From: an uncultured bacterium
GTDB lineage: Bacteria > Verrucomicrobiota > Kiritimatiellia > PWTM01
Assembly: GCA_900661335.1 (NCBI GenBank)
Contig: CAACVY010000005.1
Span: forward strand, 1 to 62,098
Length of the DNA: 62,098 nucleotides
Reading direction: 5' to 3'
A program made the translations under genes and the position numbers. Shown one piece after another: positions 18,505 through 28,578 of this stretch; within the stretch, counting starts at the first letter, position 1; every line of letters starts with the position of its first letter. The notes under the pieces are model-generated. The model was given only the letters and a program-made list of their open reading frames with translations. It was not told the origin of the DNA and did no database searches.

Positions 18505-19791
18505 TTAGGCCGACAGGTCTTGCTCGAGTGTGCGGCGCAGACCTTCGCGCAAGTCGGGCATCGCCACCCGTGACGTGATCTCTTCGAAAAAGCCTTCGAG
18601 GATGAGCCGGCGCGCCTGAGCTTCTGGAATACCTCGGGCCCGCAAGTAGAAGAGCTCGTCCGGGTCGATTTGGCCCACGGTGGCCCCGTGGGTGCAGGTG
18701 AGGTCGTCGGCATCGATCCGCAAACCAGGGAGAGAATCCGCGCGGGCGCCCGGGCTTAGCAGGAGGTTGTTGTTCCGTTGATATCCGGAGATGCGAACCG
18801 CGCCGCGCAGCGCTGCCACGGTGCCTCGATACACCGATCGGCCTTGATCTTGTACAGCCACCTTGAAGCGCAAATCGCTTGTGGTGTCGGCCGCGGAGTG
18901 GACTTGAAGCGTCCGTTGGTCTAGGTGTCGTTCGCCCGTGACCAATGCGGCGCCTCCTAGCCGCGCTTGGGCACCGGGCCCCGCCAAGTCTACCGCCAGG
19001 TTGCTTCGGACGGCCCGTTCGCCTAGCTGGGCGCTGACCAAATCCAACGAGGCATCGCGTTCCACACGGCCGCGCAGGTACTGCATGGAGGCGGCGCCTT
19101 CGCCGAACTGAAGCCGGGCCAATCGTAGCTGCCCCGCCGCACCCACCGACCACCAAAGATTTTCGACGTACCGAGCGTCGCCGCGACCCTCCACGGAGAG
19201 CACGAGGTGAAGAACACTCAGGTGTTCGACACGGACCAGCACCCACGGGCAATACAGTGAACCTTCGGGCCGTCGAATTCGGATGAACACGCCGCGCTCG
19301 AACCTCTGCGCCGGAGCGACCCATACCACGAGCGCCGCCGTCGTGTGGGCCAGTGCGGTCCATTCGTGGCGCTCCCAGGGTACCTCGGGCCAGGACAGAC
19401 CGGTGAAGTTGGATCCCAGCGCGGGATCCTTGCGCAGGACCTCCTCCAGAGGCGCAATCCAGAGCCGTGCGGGATCGACCACGCCCGAGCGGTCGCGCAC
19501 GGCCCATCCGTGGCCGTCGAGCTCGACGACCGCATCAAAAAACGAGTCCCATGGGTGTTCATGGAGCTCGGTCCGCCGGGATAGCCGGGCATGCACCGGC
19601 ATCGAGTCCAGTTCGAACAATCGGGGATCGGTACGACGCCACGCCTCATCCGTCGGCAGCGGCCAAGGTAGAGCGTTCGCCCGCGCAGCCGCCAGGCGCC
19701 GCCACTGTTCGAGGTCAGGTTGGAGCGGGAGATCGTCGAGTCCGGGTGCATGAATTGTGGGTGCAGCCGATGTGGTGGACCCTGTGTTCAC
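18505..19791 (-). CDS. sufD: Fe-S cluster assembly protein SufD
   Basis: LPTDEAWRRTD, beta-helix body, GYQRNNNLLLS, PGLRIDADDLTCTHGATVGQIDPDELFYLRARGI; GGGAG RBS before GTG 19791. Confidence 0.92.
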   Translation of the reverse strand: MNTGSTTSAAPTIHAPGLDDLPLQPDLEQWRRLAAARANALPWPLPTDEAWRRTDPRLFELDSMPVHARLSRRTELHEHPWDSFFDAVVELDGHGWAVRDRSGVVDPARLWIAPLEEVLRKDPALGSNFTGLSWPEVPWERHEWTALAHTTAALVVWVAPAQRFERGVFIRIRRPEGSLYCPWVLVRVEHLSVLHLVLSVEGRGDARYVENLWWSVGAAGQLRLARLQFGEGAASMQYLRGRVERDASLDLVSAQLGERAVRSNLAVDLAGPGAQARLGGAALVTGERHLDQRTLQVHSAADTTSDLRFKVAVQDQGRSVYRGTVAALRGAVRISGYQRNNNLLLSPGARADSLPGLRIDADDLTCTHGATVGQIDPDELFYLRARGIPEAQARRLILEGFFEEITSRVAMPDLREGLRRTLEQDLSA

Positions 19792-19810
19792 CGTAGGCAC
19801 GCTCCCGAGT

Positions 19811-19887
19811 TCCAATCCTTGGACGGATTCACCTGCCATTGGTCCAATCCTTGGAAGCCCGCGTTGCGAAACTGTCCAATCCTTGGA
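19811..19887. repeat. Three copies of the palindromic 13-mer TCCAATCCTTGGA at a 32-bp period
   Basis: Exact copies start at 19811, 19843 and 19875; the 19-nt spacers are unrelated. Confidence 0.9.
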
Positions 19888-19932
19888 ACAGTCGCGTCGA
19901 GCGACCCTTTCTTGGCGCATGCGCGGCGCACT

Positions 19933-21369
19933 TCATCCGATGCTCCCCTCCATTTTGATCTCCAGGAGCTTGACCGCTTCGACGGCAAACTCCATTGGAA
20001 GCTGCTGGAACACTTCGCGGCAGAACCCGTTCACGATCAGCGAGCGGGCAGCTTCGGGATCCAGTCCGCGGCTTTGGAGGTAAAACAGCTGCTCTTCACT
20101 GATGCGGGAGGTGGTCGCTTCATGCTCGAGGATGGCCGTAGGGTTTTCGGACTCGATGACGGGAAAGGTGTTGGCAGTGCACCGGTTTCCGACCAACAAG
20201 CTGTCGCATTGCGAGTGGTTCCGGGCATAGTCGGCGCCGGGTAAGAACTTCACAAGGCTGCGATACGTGTTGCGAGACTCGCCCGCAGAAATTCCTTTCG
20301 AGACGATCGTGCTTCGGGTGCGGCGGCCGATGTGGATCATTTTGGTTCCGGTATCCGCTTGCATGCGCTTGTTGGTGAACGCGACCGAGTAAAACTCGCC
20401 CACGCTGTCGTCACCACGAAGCACGCAGGACGGATACTTCCACGTGATGGCCGAGCCGACTTCGACTTGAGTCCAAGAGATTCGTGACCGAGCGCCTCGA
20501 CACTCACCGCGTTTGGTGACGAAGTTGTAGATGCCGCCGCGCCCTTGTTCGTCGCCAGGATACCAATTCTGCACCGTGGAGTATTTGATGGTCGCGCCTT
20601 CGAGCGCCACGAGTTCAACGACTGCTGCATGCAATTGGTTTTCATCCCGGATCGGGGCTGTGCAGCCCTCGAGATAGGAGACATAGCTGTCGCGGTCGGC
20701 GATGACCAGCGTGCGCTCGAATTGTCCGATGCCGGCCGCGTTGATGCGAAAGTAGGTGGACAGCTCCAGGGGACAGCGAACCCCAGGGGGCACGTAGCAG
20801 AACGATCCGTCGCTGAAGACGGCGGAGTTGAGTGCCGCAAAGAAATTGTCTCCCGGCGGGACCACCGACCCGAGATATTGGCGGACCAGCTCGGGCACAC
20901 GGCGGACCGCCTCAGAGAACGAGCAAAAGATGATGCCGTGCTCTTCGAGGATTTTTTGGTGGGTGGTGGCCACCGAAACACTGTCGAACACCGCGTCGAT
21001 GGCCACTCCTTGAAGCCGCTGTTGTTCATGGAGGGGGATGCCGAGTCGCTCGAACGTCCGGAGGATTTCCGGGTCCATTCCTTCGCCGGCCGAGAGCCGA
21101 CGCGGTGCCGCGTAGTAGCGGATGGACTGGTAGTCGATGGGGGGATAGTCCACGGCGGCCCAATGGGGTTCGGTCTTCCGCTGCCATGCGCGCAGGGCCT
21201 TGAGGCGGAACTCCAGCAACCAGTCGGGCTCGCCTTTTTTGCGCGAGATCGTTCGGACAATATCCTCGTTCAGGCCCGGCGGAACCAGCTCTTCCTCCAC
21301 AGGAGTCACGAACCCGTGGGCGTATTCTTGCAGCAGCTTGTTGTCCAACGGCAGGTCAGCCATGGCCAC
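19933..21369 (-). CDS. sufB: Fe-S cluster assembly protein SufB
   Basis: [51 protein letters not shown]. Confidence 0.97.
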   Translation of the reverse strand: MAMADLPLDNKLLQEYAHGFVTPVEEELVPPGLNEDIVRTISRKKGEPDWLLEFRLKALRAWQRKTEPHWAAVDYPPIDYQSIRYYAAPRRLSAGEGMDPEILRTFERLGIPLHEQQRLQGVAIDAVFDSVSVATTHQKILEEHGIIFCSFSEAVRRVPELVRQYLGSVVPPGDNFFAALNSAVFSDGSFCYVPPGVRCPLELSTYFRINAAGIGQFERTLVIADRDSYVSYLEGCTAPIRDENQLHAAVVELVALEGATIKYSTVQNWYPGDEQGRGGIYNFVTKRGECRGARSRISWTQVEVGSAITWKYPSCVLRGDDSVGEFYSVAFTNKRMQADTGTKMIHIGRRTRSTIVSKGISAGESRNTYRSLVKFLPGADYARNHSQCDSLLVGNRCTANTFPVIESENPTAILEHEATTSRISEEQLFYLQSRGLDPEAARSLIVNGFCREVFQQLPMEFAVEAVKLLEIKMEGSIG

Positions 21370-21371
21370 TC

Positions 21372-22136
21372 CTACGACGTTGCGGCGGCGCTCTCACGGA
21401 GCCAGTCATAGCCGCGCCGTTCGATCTCTGCGACCAGTTCAGGCCCGCCGGATTTCACGATGCGTCCCTCGAGCAAGATGTGGACTTTGTGGGGCGGAAT
21501 ATGGTTCAGGATGCGCTCGTAGTGGGTGATCAACAACACGCCCGTGTCGGGGCCCAACGCGCGGTGCACGCCCCGCGCCACAATCTTGAGGGCATCAACG
21601 TCCAACCCGGAATCGGTTTCGTCTAGAACGATGAGTCGGGGACGGAGCAGAAGCATCTGGAAGATTTCCATCCGTTTTTTCTCGCCGCCGGAAAACCCTT
21701 CGTTGATGGCCCGGTTGAGGAAGGATTCCTCCATTTCCAGCCAGCGGGCGGTTTCGCGCATCTCGTGCAGGAGCGCCGCCGCGCGGACTTGCTCACGGCC
21801 GCGCACGGCCTCCACCGCGGCTTTCATGAAGCGCGCCACGGTGACGCCTGGGATCGCGACAGGGTATTGAAAGGCGAGGAACAAACCCGCCCGCGCACGT
21901 TCTTCTGGGGGCAGTTCCAGCAGGTTCCGGCCCAGGAAACGGATCGTGCCGTGCGTGACCTCGTACGCAGGGTGGCCCATGAGCACGTTGGAGAGAGTGC
22001 TCTTGCCAGATCCGTTCGGACCCATCAATGCGTGGATTTCGCCCGGGTAGATCTGAAGGTCAAGGCCGCGAAGGATCTCCTTGCCGGCCACTCCCGCATG
22101 CAACTGTTCGATTTCAAGCAAAGGTGCGATGTTCAC
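21372..22136 (-). CDS. sufC: Fe-S cluster assembly ATPase SufC
   Basis: [41 protein letters not shown]. Confidence 0.97.
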   Translation of the reverse strand: MNIAPLLEIEQLHAGVAGKEILRGLDLQIYPGEIHALMGPNGSGKSTLSNVLMGHPAYEVTHGTIRFLGRNLLELPPEERARAGLFLAFQYPVAIPGVTVARFMKAAVEAVRGREQVRAAALLHEMRETARWLEMEESFLNRAINEGFSGGEKKRMEIFQMLLLRPRLIVLDETDSGLDVDALKIVARGVHRALGPDTGVLLITHYERILNHIPPHKVHILLEGRIVKSGGPELVAEIERRGYDWLRESAAATS

Positions 22137-22143
22137 GATACCC

Positions 22144-22503
22144 TCACAGATCGAAGCCGAGGTCGAGTCGGAGCTCCTCGTTCATCATCAGCGGAGTCCA
22201 GGGCGGGTCGAAGACGACTTCGAGCTCCACGGAACGTATCCCCGGAATTCCGCGAACGGCTTCGCGGACTTGATGGGCCAGGTATGGCCCGTAGGGGCAT
22301 CCGGGCGATGTGAACGTCATCTTCACCTTCGCGGCGCCCTGTTCGACGGTCACGCCGTAGATCAACCCCAAATTCACCACGTCCGCATGGAGTTCCGGGT
22401 CGTGGACCGTTTGAAGAGTTGCCCAGATTCGGCCGGCCAGGTCAGCGTCTTCCGCCGAGACCTGCGGCGCCGAAGGGGTCACGTTAGGTTCGTTTGGGCT
22501 CAT
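22144..22503 (-). CDS. sufT: Metal-sulfur cluster assembly factor (DUF59/SufT, MIP18 family)
   Basis: VHDPEL..DVVNLGLIY, MTFTSPGCP, FDPPWTP. Confidence 0.88.
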   Translation of the reverse strand: MSPNEPNVTPSAPQVSAEDADLAGRIWATLQTVHDPELHADVVNLGLIYGVTVEQGAAKVKMTFTSPGCPYGPYLAHQVREAVRGIPGIRSVELEVVFDPPWTPLMMNEELRLDLGFDL

Positions 22504-22511
22504 CTGGCAAT

Positions 22512-22539
22512 ACGATACGACGGAACCGGGGACTGTCAA
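22512..22539 (-). promoter_or_regulatory. Putative sigma70 promoter of the suf operon
   Basis: TTGACA-N16-TATCGT ending 8 nt before ATG 22503. Confidence 0.45.
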
Positions 22540-22548
22540 AGAGCCGGC

Positions 22549-23304
22549 TTAGTCGGGGACCCAAGCGGCCAAGCGGCGCCGCCTGCGGCAACAGCGCACG
22601 CGTTCGGGAGAAAGGAAGAAGCGAACTAGTCCGATGCCCGCGAGGAATCCACCGATGTGAGCCCAGAAGGCGACTCCGCCCGTGGCCGGCCCGAACGACC
22701 ATAATGTTCCGAGCACCTGAAGGAGGAACCAATATCCAAGCATGGTAATCGCGGGTAGGTAAATGACGCGGGCAAAGAACCCGAAAAACACCAGCGTCTC
22801 GACTCGATGCCACGGGTAGAGAATCGCGTAGGCGCCCATGACCCCGCCAATGGCGCCGGAGGCCCCCACCATGGGCACAGGGCTGTATGGGTTGGAAAGA
22901 ATTTGGGCTGCCGCCGCGGCGAGGCCGCAGAGGAGGTAGAACACAGTGAACCGGATCGGTCCCATGACGTCCTCGACGTTGTCGCCGAAGACCCAGAGGA
23001 ACCACATGTTGCCGATGATGTGGCCCCAGCTTCCGTGCAAGAACATCGAGGTGAGCAACGTCCACCAGTTGGGGTCGGCTTCGATTACGCAGTAGTAGCG
23101 CTCGGCAATCGGGATGGCCGTTCCAGGAGGAAGTGTCCGTAACAGCTCGGCGGGGATGAGGCCTAGGGAGCAGACGGATTGGATAAGGCGAGGCTCCGAC
23201 CCTAGTCCCTGCACAAAGATCCATACGAGCGCGTTGGCCGCGATGATCGCCATGGTTGCGATGGAGGTGTGGAACGTCGGGTTCTCGTCTCGAAGTGGAA
23301 ACAT
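22549..23304 (-). CDS. Rhomboid family intramembrane serine protease
   Basis: MFPLRDENP, SMFLHG.WGHIIGNM, GASGAIGG, AFWAHIGG. Confidence 0.93.
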   Translation of the reverse strand: MFPLRDENPTFHTSIATMAIIAANALVWIFVQGLGSEPRLIQSVCSLGLIPAELLRTLPPGTAIPIAERYYCVIEADPNWWTLLTSMFLHGSWGHIIGNMWFLWVFGDNVEDVMGPIRFTVFYLLCGLAAAAAQILSNPYSPVPMVGASGAIGGVMGAYAILYPWHRVETLVFFGFFARVIYLPAITMLGYWFLLQVLGTLWSFGPATGGVAFWAHIGGFLAGIGLVRFFLSPERVRCCRRRRRLAAWVPD

Positions 23305-23432
23305 GGCACCGCGAACATACACGAGACGCTTTACACGGGCAAGCGACCGTCGGGGCCAGCCTGGTGGTCGGCCGTCGCGACAGTGGCGTCAGGGCGAAAC
23401 CGCGATAAACTTGACTCGAAGGAGACCGTTCG

Positions 23433-23855
23433 ATGGAACGATTCGTCACATCGGTGGAATGGCTGGGCGGTGAGCGATTGACAACGCGCACGCAGGGCGG
23501 ACTGGAATTGCCCGTTTCTTCGCCCGTTCAGTTCGGCGGAGAACCGGGTAGGTGGACTCCGGAAGAAATGCTGGTCGGCGGCGTGGAGAGCTGCATCCTT
23601 TTGACCGCGCTGTACTTCATCCAACGGCGGAAGATTGGCTTGAAGAGCTGGACCAGCCGGGCGGAAGGTACAGTGGAAAAAACACCGAATGGGCTTCGGT
23701 TCACTCGGATCCAGGTTCGGATCACCGCACGCGTGGCGACGGAGGACGACGTGCCCCGTTTGCGGGAAGCGGTCGAGCTCGCCGAAAAGTACTGCCCGCT
23801 GAGCGCGGCGGTCAATTTTCCGGTCGAGTTTTCCCTGGATGTCGCGAAGCAGTGA
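23433..23855 (+). CDS. OsmC/Ohr family protein
   Basis: WTPEEML...ESC and EKYCPLS two-Cys pattern; AAGGAG RBS. Confidence 0.88.
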   Translation: MERFVTSVEWLGGERLTTRTQGGLELPVSSPVQFGGEPGRWTPEEMLVGGVESCILLTALYFIQRRKIGLKSWTSRAEGTVEKTPNGLRFTRIQVRITARVATEDDVPRLREAVELAEKYCPLSAAVNFPVEFSLDVAKQ

Positions 23856-25180
23856 AGTCACGACGGCTTGGTTTCATTGCGGCGTGCGGAATTGCCCACG
23901 CGGCCTTGGCGTGGGGACCGCACCCACACATCACGCAGGCGGCCATCATGGCCTTATCCCCCGACTCTCCGATCCGAACTTGGCTCGGCCCCGAGTTGCA
24001 TCTCCTTGAGCAGTGGTGCTGGATGCCGGACTGGATGCGCAGCGTTCGGTCCACGACCTCGGGGGCGTTTTGGGTGGACGACTACTTGCTGGTTCCTGGT
24101 TTTCCAACCCATGTCTCGCACGTGGTGCCCCACGTGGAGGCCGCATGGGAACCGGCGTTTCGTCGCGCGCTCTTGGCACTTCAATCGGAAGATCCCGTGC
24201 AAGCGGCTCGATGGGTCGGGACGTTGGTGCACTATGTGCAAGACAGCGGTGCGCCTCCGCACGCGTGGCCGCACGGGCCGCACGGGCCCATGGAAAATTG
24301 GGTAACTGCGGAGCGCATCGGAATCCCTGGCTACTTCCCTCGGTGTTTCGGCGAGTCGGTCGAGGCGGCGGTCCGTGGGTTTCTGGCGGCGATGCGGGAC
24401 TACGTCAATGCGGCGGCCCAACGTGGACAGGCCATTGAACCGTTGGCCGTGGCGTCCAATCGGCCCGCGGTCGAGGAGCGCGCTTTGGTTTCCGCGAATG
24501 AATCGGCCAAGATGACGGCGGACGTTCTGCACACCTTGGGCATGCTGGTTCGACAAACGGCCGACGGCGCGGTGGTACTTGGACGGGTCCGCTGGGATGG
24601 CCCATGGCCGACCAATGTGCCGTTGCCTAAGGTGGCGGTCTTGACTGGGCAACTATCCAGCGTATGCGACTCGTCTGGGCGGTGGCAGTGGCGGGGGATC
24701 CCGCCCGGTCCGTGCGAGCTACTGGTGATGGCCCCGGGGCGTTCGTTGGTACGCGAAACCGTGGTGATCCGCGCGCCCACGACGATGGTGGAGATCACGT
24801 TGCCCGCACCAATTTCGACGGACAACTGGTTGATGAACCCGGACTTTTCGATTCGGTGGACTGGTGGGCCGGGGCCCGACTATTGGAAGCGTCAAAAGAA
24901 TTCCTGGGAAAGCGAACCGGTGCCGGTTCGGGCCGGCGGCGTGGTTCGGGTGAAGGTGGATTGGGCGCCCAAGGCGCAGGCAAGTCTCGTCGTACGATGG
25001 CGGAATACCAGCGCTCCCACGGGCGGTCGAACTCAATCGGAGGCGCCGATCGAACCACCTACGAATGAAGCCGTGTTCGCGGTGCCCGGGTGGGCGCAGT
25101 GGGCGCGGGTGGATCTCCACATGGGCGGAGCAGATCCGACCAACGCGATACGGGTCCTCCGATGGAGTGGTGCGCCTTGA
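23852..25180 (+). CDS. Secreted protein: zinc phospholipase C/S1-P1 nuclease-like domain plus beta-sandwich domains
   Basis: Signal peptide then WGPHPHIT, HYVQD..APPH, HGPME; GTG overlaps the OsmC stop. Confidence 0.62.
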   Translation: MKSRRLGFIAACGIAHAALAWGPHPHITQAAIMALSPDSPIRTWLGPELHLLEQWCWMPDWMRSVRSTTSGAFWVDDYLLVPGFPTHVSHVVPHVEAAWEPAFRRALLALQSEDPVQAARWVGTLVHYVQDSGAPPHAWPHGPHGPMENWVTAERIGIPGYFPRCFGESVEAAVRGFLAAMRDYVNAAAQRGQAIEPLAVASNRPAVEERALVSANESAKMTADVLHTLGMLVRQTADGAVVLGRVRWDGPWPTNVPLPKVAVLTGQLSSVCDSSGRWQWRGIPPGPCELLVMAPGRSLVRETVVIRAPTTMVEITLPAPISTDNWLMNPDFSIRWTGGPGPDYWKRQKNSWESEPVPVRAGGVVRVKVDWAPKAQASLVVRWRNTSAPTGGRTQSEAPIEPPTNEAVFAVPGWAQWARVDLHMGGADPTNAIRVLRWSGAP

Positions 25181-25205
25181 GGCGCGGAGCGGCACCCCGA
25201 CGACT

Positions 25206-26933
25206 ATGAAAGCGAAAGGACCTTCTGGATCTCCGCGGCGCACGGCCGAAGAGTTGGCGGCGCAGCAGCGAGAAATTTCCGTCTCGGAATTTTTCCTAAA
25301 AAACCGCCATCTGCTGGGCTTCGACAGCCCACGGCGGGCTCTGTTGACCGCGGTGAAAGAAGCCGTGGACAACGCGTTGGATGCCTGTGAAGAGGCCGGC
25401 GTGCTTCCCGAAGTTGCCGTGGAGATTCGGCAAATTGCCGCCACTCGTTTCCGGGTAGAGGTCACCGACAACGGGCCGGGCATCGTCAAGGCGCAAATCC
25501 CTCGGATCTTCGCCAAGCTGTTGTACGGCTCGAAATTCCACCGTCTCCGAATGTCGCGCGGCCAGCAAGGGATTGGCATCAGCGCGGCAGGGATGTACGG
25601 CCAACTCACAACCGGACGGCCGATTGAGATTGTCTCGCGCACTTCGCCGACGAAGCCGGCCCATTCGATGCAAGTGATGATCGATACGCGAGCCAACCGC
25701 CCGATCGTGTTGAAGGACGAAAGTTGCGATTGGCGGCCGACGTTCCCCGACCCTGATCGGCCTGGTGAGTGGCTCCAGGCGGACCATGGAACGCGTGTAA
25801 CGATCGAGCTCGAGGCATCCTATGTGCGCGGGCGGTTGTCGGTGGACGAGTTTCTTCACCAGTGCGCGGTGGCCAACCCGCACTTGCAGCTGCATTACCG
25901 TCGGGTCTTGTTGTCTCGAGCCGTTGGGAGCGAGGAACCTTCTGTGCGCGAGACGGCCGCCGAGTCCTTGCCCACGGACGCGGAGCCACCCGAGGGGGGC
26001 GAGTGGACGACGTTCCGTCGAACGATTAAGGAGCTTCCCCGAATGCCGGAGGAGATTCTGCCGCACCCTCATGGTGTCGAACTGGGAATGCTCATGCAGA
26101 TTTTGAAGGACACGCCCGCCCGCACATTGCGGTCGGCCTTAGCGACTGAGTTCTCGCGGGTGAGCGACCGGACGGCTCTGGAAATTTGCGAGCGTGCCGG
26201 CTTGGACCCGACCACCCGGCCGTCGCATATTGCCCACCGCGAGGCGGACAAGCTGTTTCAGGCTCTGCAAAACACCAAGTTGATGCGGCCTCCGATGGAC
26301 TGTTTGTCGCCGATCGGCGAGGAAGCGATTGTTGCGGGTCTTCGCCGGCAGGTGTCGGCCGAGTTTTACACCGCCGTCAGCCGCCCTCCCGAGGTGTACC
26401 GTGGCAATCCGTTTTTGATCGAGGCGGGGTTGGCGTGGTGGCCGCCGGGGTCTGGAACGGAAGGGGGTGCGGACGAACCAGTGCGCGTGCTGCGGTTCGC
26501 GAACCGCGTTCCGCTGCTGCACCAGGCGGGGGCGTGCGCGCTCACTCGCGCAGTGGTGCAGGTGAATTGGCGCGCATACGGTTTGACCCAGCCGCGCGAA
26601 TCGTTGCCAGTGGGACCGGTGATGATCTTGATTCACATTGCGAGTGTCTGGGTGCCGTTCGTGAGTGAGAGCAAGGACGCCGTGGCTTCATACCCAGAAA
26701 TCATCCGCGAGGCCGTATTTGCCCTCCAGGAATGCGGGCGCCGGTTGGCGGCATTCTTGGGCCGCCGACATCGCGAACACGAAGCGCGCCGCAAACGCGA
26801 GTACATCGAACGCTACTTACCCCATTTGGCGCTAGGTCTCGGGGAAATCCTCGGGCTCAGTGACCGGCAGCGGGAGGAGGTGCGCGAACGCCTCGCCCGG
26901 TTGCTGCAGCGCTCCCCCGCCTCTGGATCCTGA
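25206..26933 (+). CDS. top6B: DNA topoisomerase VI subunit B
   Basis: EISVSEFF.KNRHLLGF, KEAVDNALDA, DNGPGI, SRGQQGIGIS, H2TH region, RFANRVPLL. Confidence 0.95.
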   Translation: MKAKGPSGSPRRTAEELAAQQREISVSEFFLKNRHLLGFDSPRRALLTAVKEAVDNALDACEEAGVLPEVAVEIRQIAATRFRVEVTDNGPGIVKAQIPRIFAKLLYGSKFHRLRMSRGQQGIGISAAGMYGQLTTGRPIEIVSRTSPTKPAHSMQVMIDTRANRPIVLKDESCDWRPTFPDPDRPGEWLQADHGTRVTIELEASYVRGRLSVDEFLHQCAVANPHLQLHYRRVLLSRAVGSEEPSVRETAAESLPTDAEPPEGGEWTTFRRTIKELPRMPEEILPHPHGVELGMLMQILKDTPARTLRSALATEFSRVSDRTALEICERAGLDPTTRPSHIAHREADKLFQALQNTKLMRPPMDCLSPIGEEAIVAGLRRQVSAEFYTAVSRPPEVYRGNPFLIEAGLAWWPPGSGTEGGADEPVRVLRFANRVPLLHQAGACALTRAVVQVNWRAYGLTQPRESLPVGPVMILIHIASVWVPFVSESKDAVASYPEIIREAVFALQECGRRLAAFLGRRHREHEARRKREYIERYLPHLALGLGEILGLSDRQREEVRERLARLLQRSPASGS

Positions 26934-27050
26934 ACCGGCAGGTGGGCGACTGGGTACGGAAGCCGCAAGGCCAATGCGCACAGCGGGAGCTCGTCTGTCC
27001 GGTGAACTTGGTGAACTGCTTTGGACTCCGGCGCGCCACGAGCTAAAAGT

Positions 27051-27848
27051 TTATGTGGGACGTCGCGCACACACCCATCCGACCGCATACGTGGCGATGA
27101 CCCCGCCATCGGGATGGGCAAAAATCCGATCGTATTCCCTCATCAACGCGGATAACTCCGAGCGGACCAGCGGTGCCGAGGGCCGGAATCGCGTTCCGCC
27201 AGTCAGGCCCTGGATGTGCAGAGTGTGGAGGACTTCCATCGCTGAGCCGTACCGCTGGATGACTTCGTAAGTGCCACAAGCCTCGCGCACTAGTCCTGAT
27301 TGATCAGTTGCGAGCCAAACCTCTTCGATGTCCGGTAAATCGCCCGGCGGGGGTTTCCCGGCCACCACCATCTGGAGGCACGCTTTGAGTTCTCGCAGTG
27401 TCCCACGCACCATCAGCGAGATGGCAAGGAGGCCACCGGGGGCCAGGCACTCGGCCAGGTTGCGAATGGCCTCTTCTAAGTTTGGCGCCCAGTGGAGCGA
27501 CGCGTTGGACACGATCAGCGGGTAGGTTAGCGAGGGAGTGTAGTAGGCAAAATCGGACTGAATCCAACGAACTCGGTCACTTGGGGTGCGGCTCCGTGCC
27601 TCCTCGAGCATTCGCTCGGACACGTCCAATGCGTCGACTCGGGAACGGGGGAACCGATCGAGCAGCATGCGCGTGAGGATTCCGCTGCCGCAACCGGCAT
27701 CCAGAATGCGCAGGGGTTCCTCTGCGAGGGTGAGTCGCTCCAACAGATCGCGCGCGGTTCGGGTCTGAACGGTCGCCACCTCTTCGTATCGCGGCGCGCT
27801 ACGATCGAAGAACCTTCGAACGCTGCGGAAATGCCGCCAATCACTCAT
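27051..27848 (-). CDS. bioC: Malonyl-ACP O-methyltransferase BioC
   Basis: FDRSAPRY..VA.VQ, ILDAGCGSG, SNASLHW, GTLRELK; follows bioF and bioH-like genes. Confidence 0.85.
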   Translation of the reverse strand: MSDWRHFRSVRRFFDRSAPRYEEVATVQTRTARDLLERLTLAEEPLRILDAGCGSGILTRMLLDRFPRSRVDALDVSERMLEEARSRTPSDRVRWIQSDFAYYTPSLTYPLIVSNASLHWAPNLEEAIRNLAECLAPGGLLAISLMVRGTLRELKACLQMVVAGKPPPGDLPDIEEVWLATDQSGLVREACGTYEVIQRYGSAMEVLHTLHIQGLTGGTRFRPSAPLVRSELSALMREYDRIFAHPDGGVIATYAVGWVCARRPT

Positions 27849-28578
27849 AGCTGCGAGTGCCGAAGCAATGCCGGATGGTTCGGGCCAATCGCTCTGGACA
27901 CCGAACGACCATATCATGCCCCATCTCGTCCACGACTGCCAGTGCCGCACCCAGTTGTTGGGCCACTTGGCGGCCAGCATCGATTGGGATGATGGCATCC
28001 TGGTGGCCATGAATCACTAGCACTCGGCGGTCGGGCACGGACCTCACTGGCCGTAAATCCCACCGCTCCAAGTGGCGCAGCGCCCCCGTCAACTCCGGAA
28101 CGCTCAACGCGGCCATTTGGCGCGCATCGGAGAGGGCGACCTCCGCGGGTAGGGTGTGCGGTTGCGCGCAGCTTTGGCGGAAGCGGGCCAGAGCTTCGAT
28201 TGGATTGGCTTGAACGGCTCGGCGGAGGGCACGTACGGCAGCGGTGGGTTGACCCCATGGCCAATCCGAGCCTTCGCAGAATCGCAACGTGGGCGCGAGC
28301 AAGACCCAGGACTCTGTTTCCAGGTCTGGCTCGGTTTGAAGCACGTCCACGACGGCCATGGCGCCCATGGACCACGCGACCACCTGACGGGGTTGCAGAT
28401 CGCGCAACCACTGCGCGAGTCCCGTCCGCCAACTGGCGGGGTCGTGGCCAAACTGGTGGATGCTGGCGAGTTGGTAATCCTCGCGGCCGGGGCCGACGAT
28501 GGCCTGGCCCAGCGATTCCATCCAGTGAGCGGGGCACGCCCAGCCGGCAATGAGCACAACCATGGGGCGGTCACTCAT
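27841..28578 (-). CDS. bioH: Alpha/beta hydrolase, BioH-like pimeloyl-ACP methyl ester esterase
   Basis: LIAGW, AWSMGA nucleophile elbow, IHGHQDAIIP, GHD; lies between bioF and bioC. Confidence 0.72.
   Translation of the reverse strand: MSDRPMVVLIAGWACPAHWMESLGQAIVGPGREDYQLASIHQFGHDPASWRTGLAQWLRDLQPRQVVAWSMGAMAVVDVLQTEPDLETESWVLLAPTLRFCEGSDWPWGQPTAAVRALRRAVQANPIEALARFRQSCAQPHTLPAEVALSDARQMAALSVPELTGALRHLERWDLRPVRSVPDRRVLVIHGHQDAIIPIDAGRQVAQQLGAALAVVDEMGHDMVVRCPERLARTIRHCFGTRSYE

Noticed and set aside
19811-19887. CRISPR array
   Set aside because: Repeats are 13 bp, spacers 19 bp, there are only three units, and no cas genes are in the window.
19792-19920. Long N-terminal extension of SufD as given in the ORF track
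   Set aside because: The extension is non-homologous, runs through the repeat array, and an RBS supports GTG 19791.
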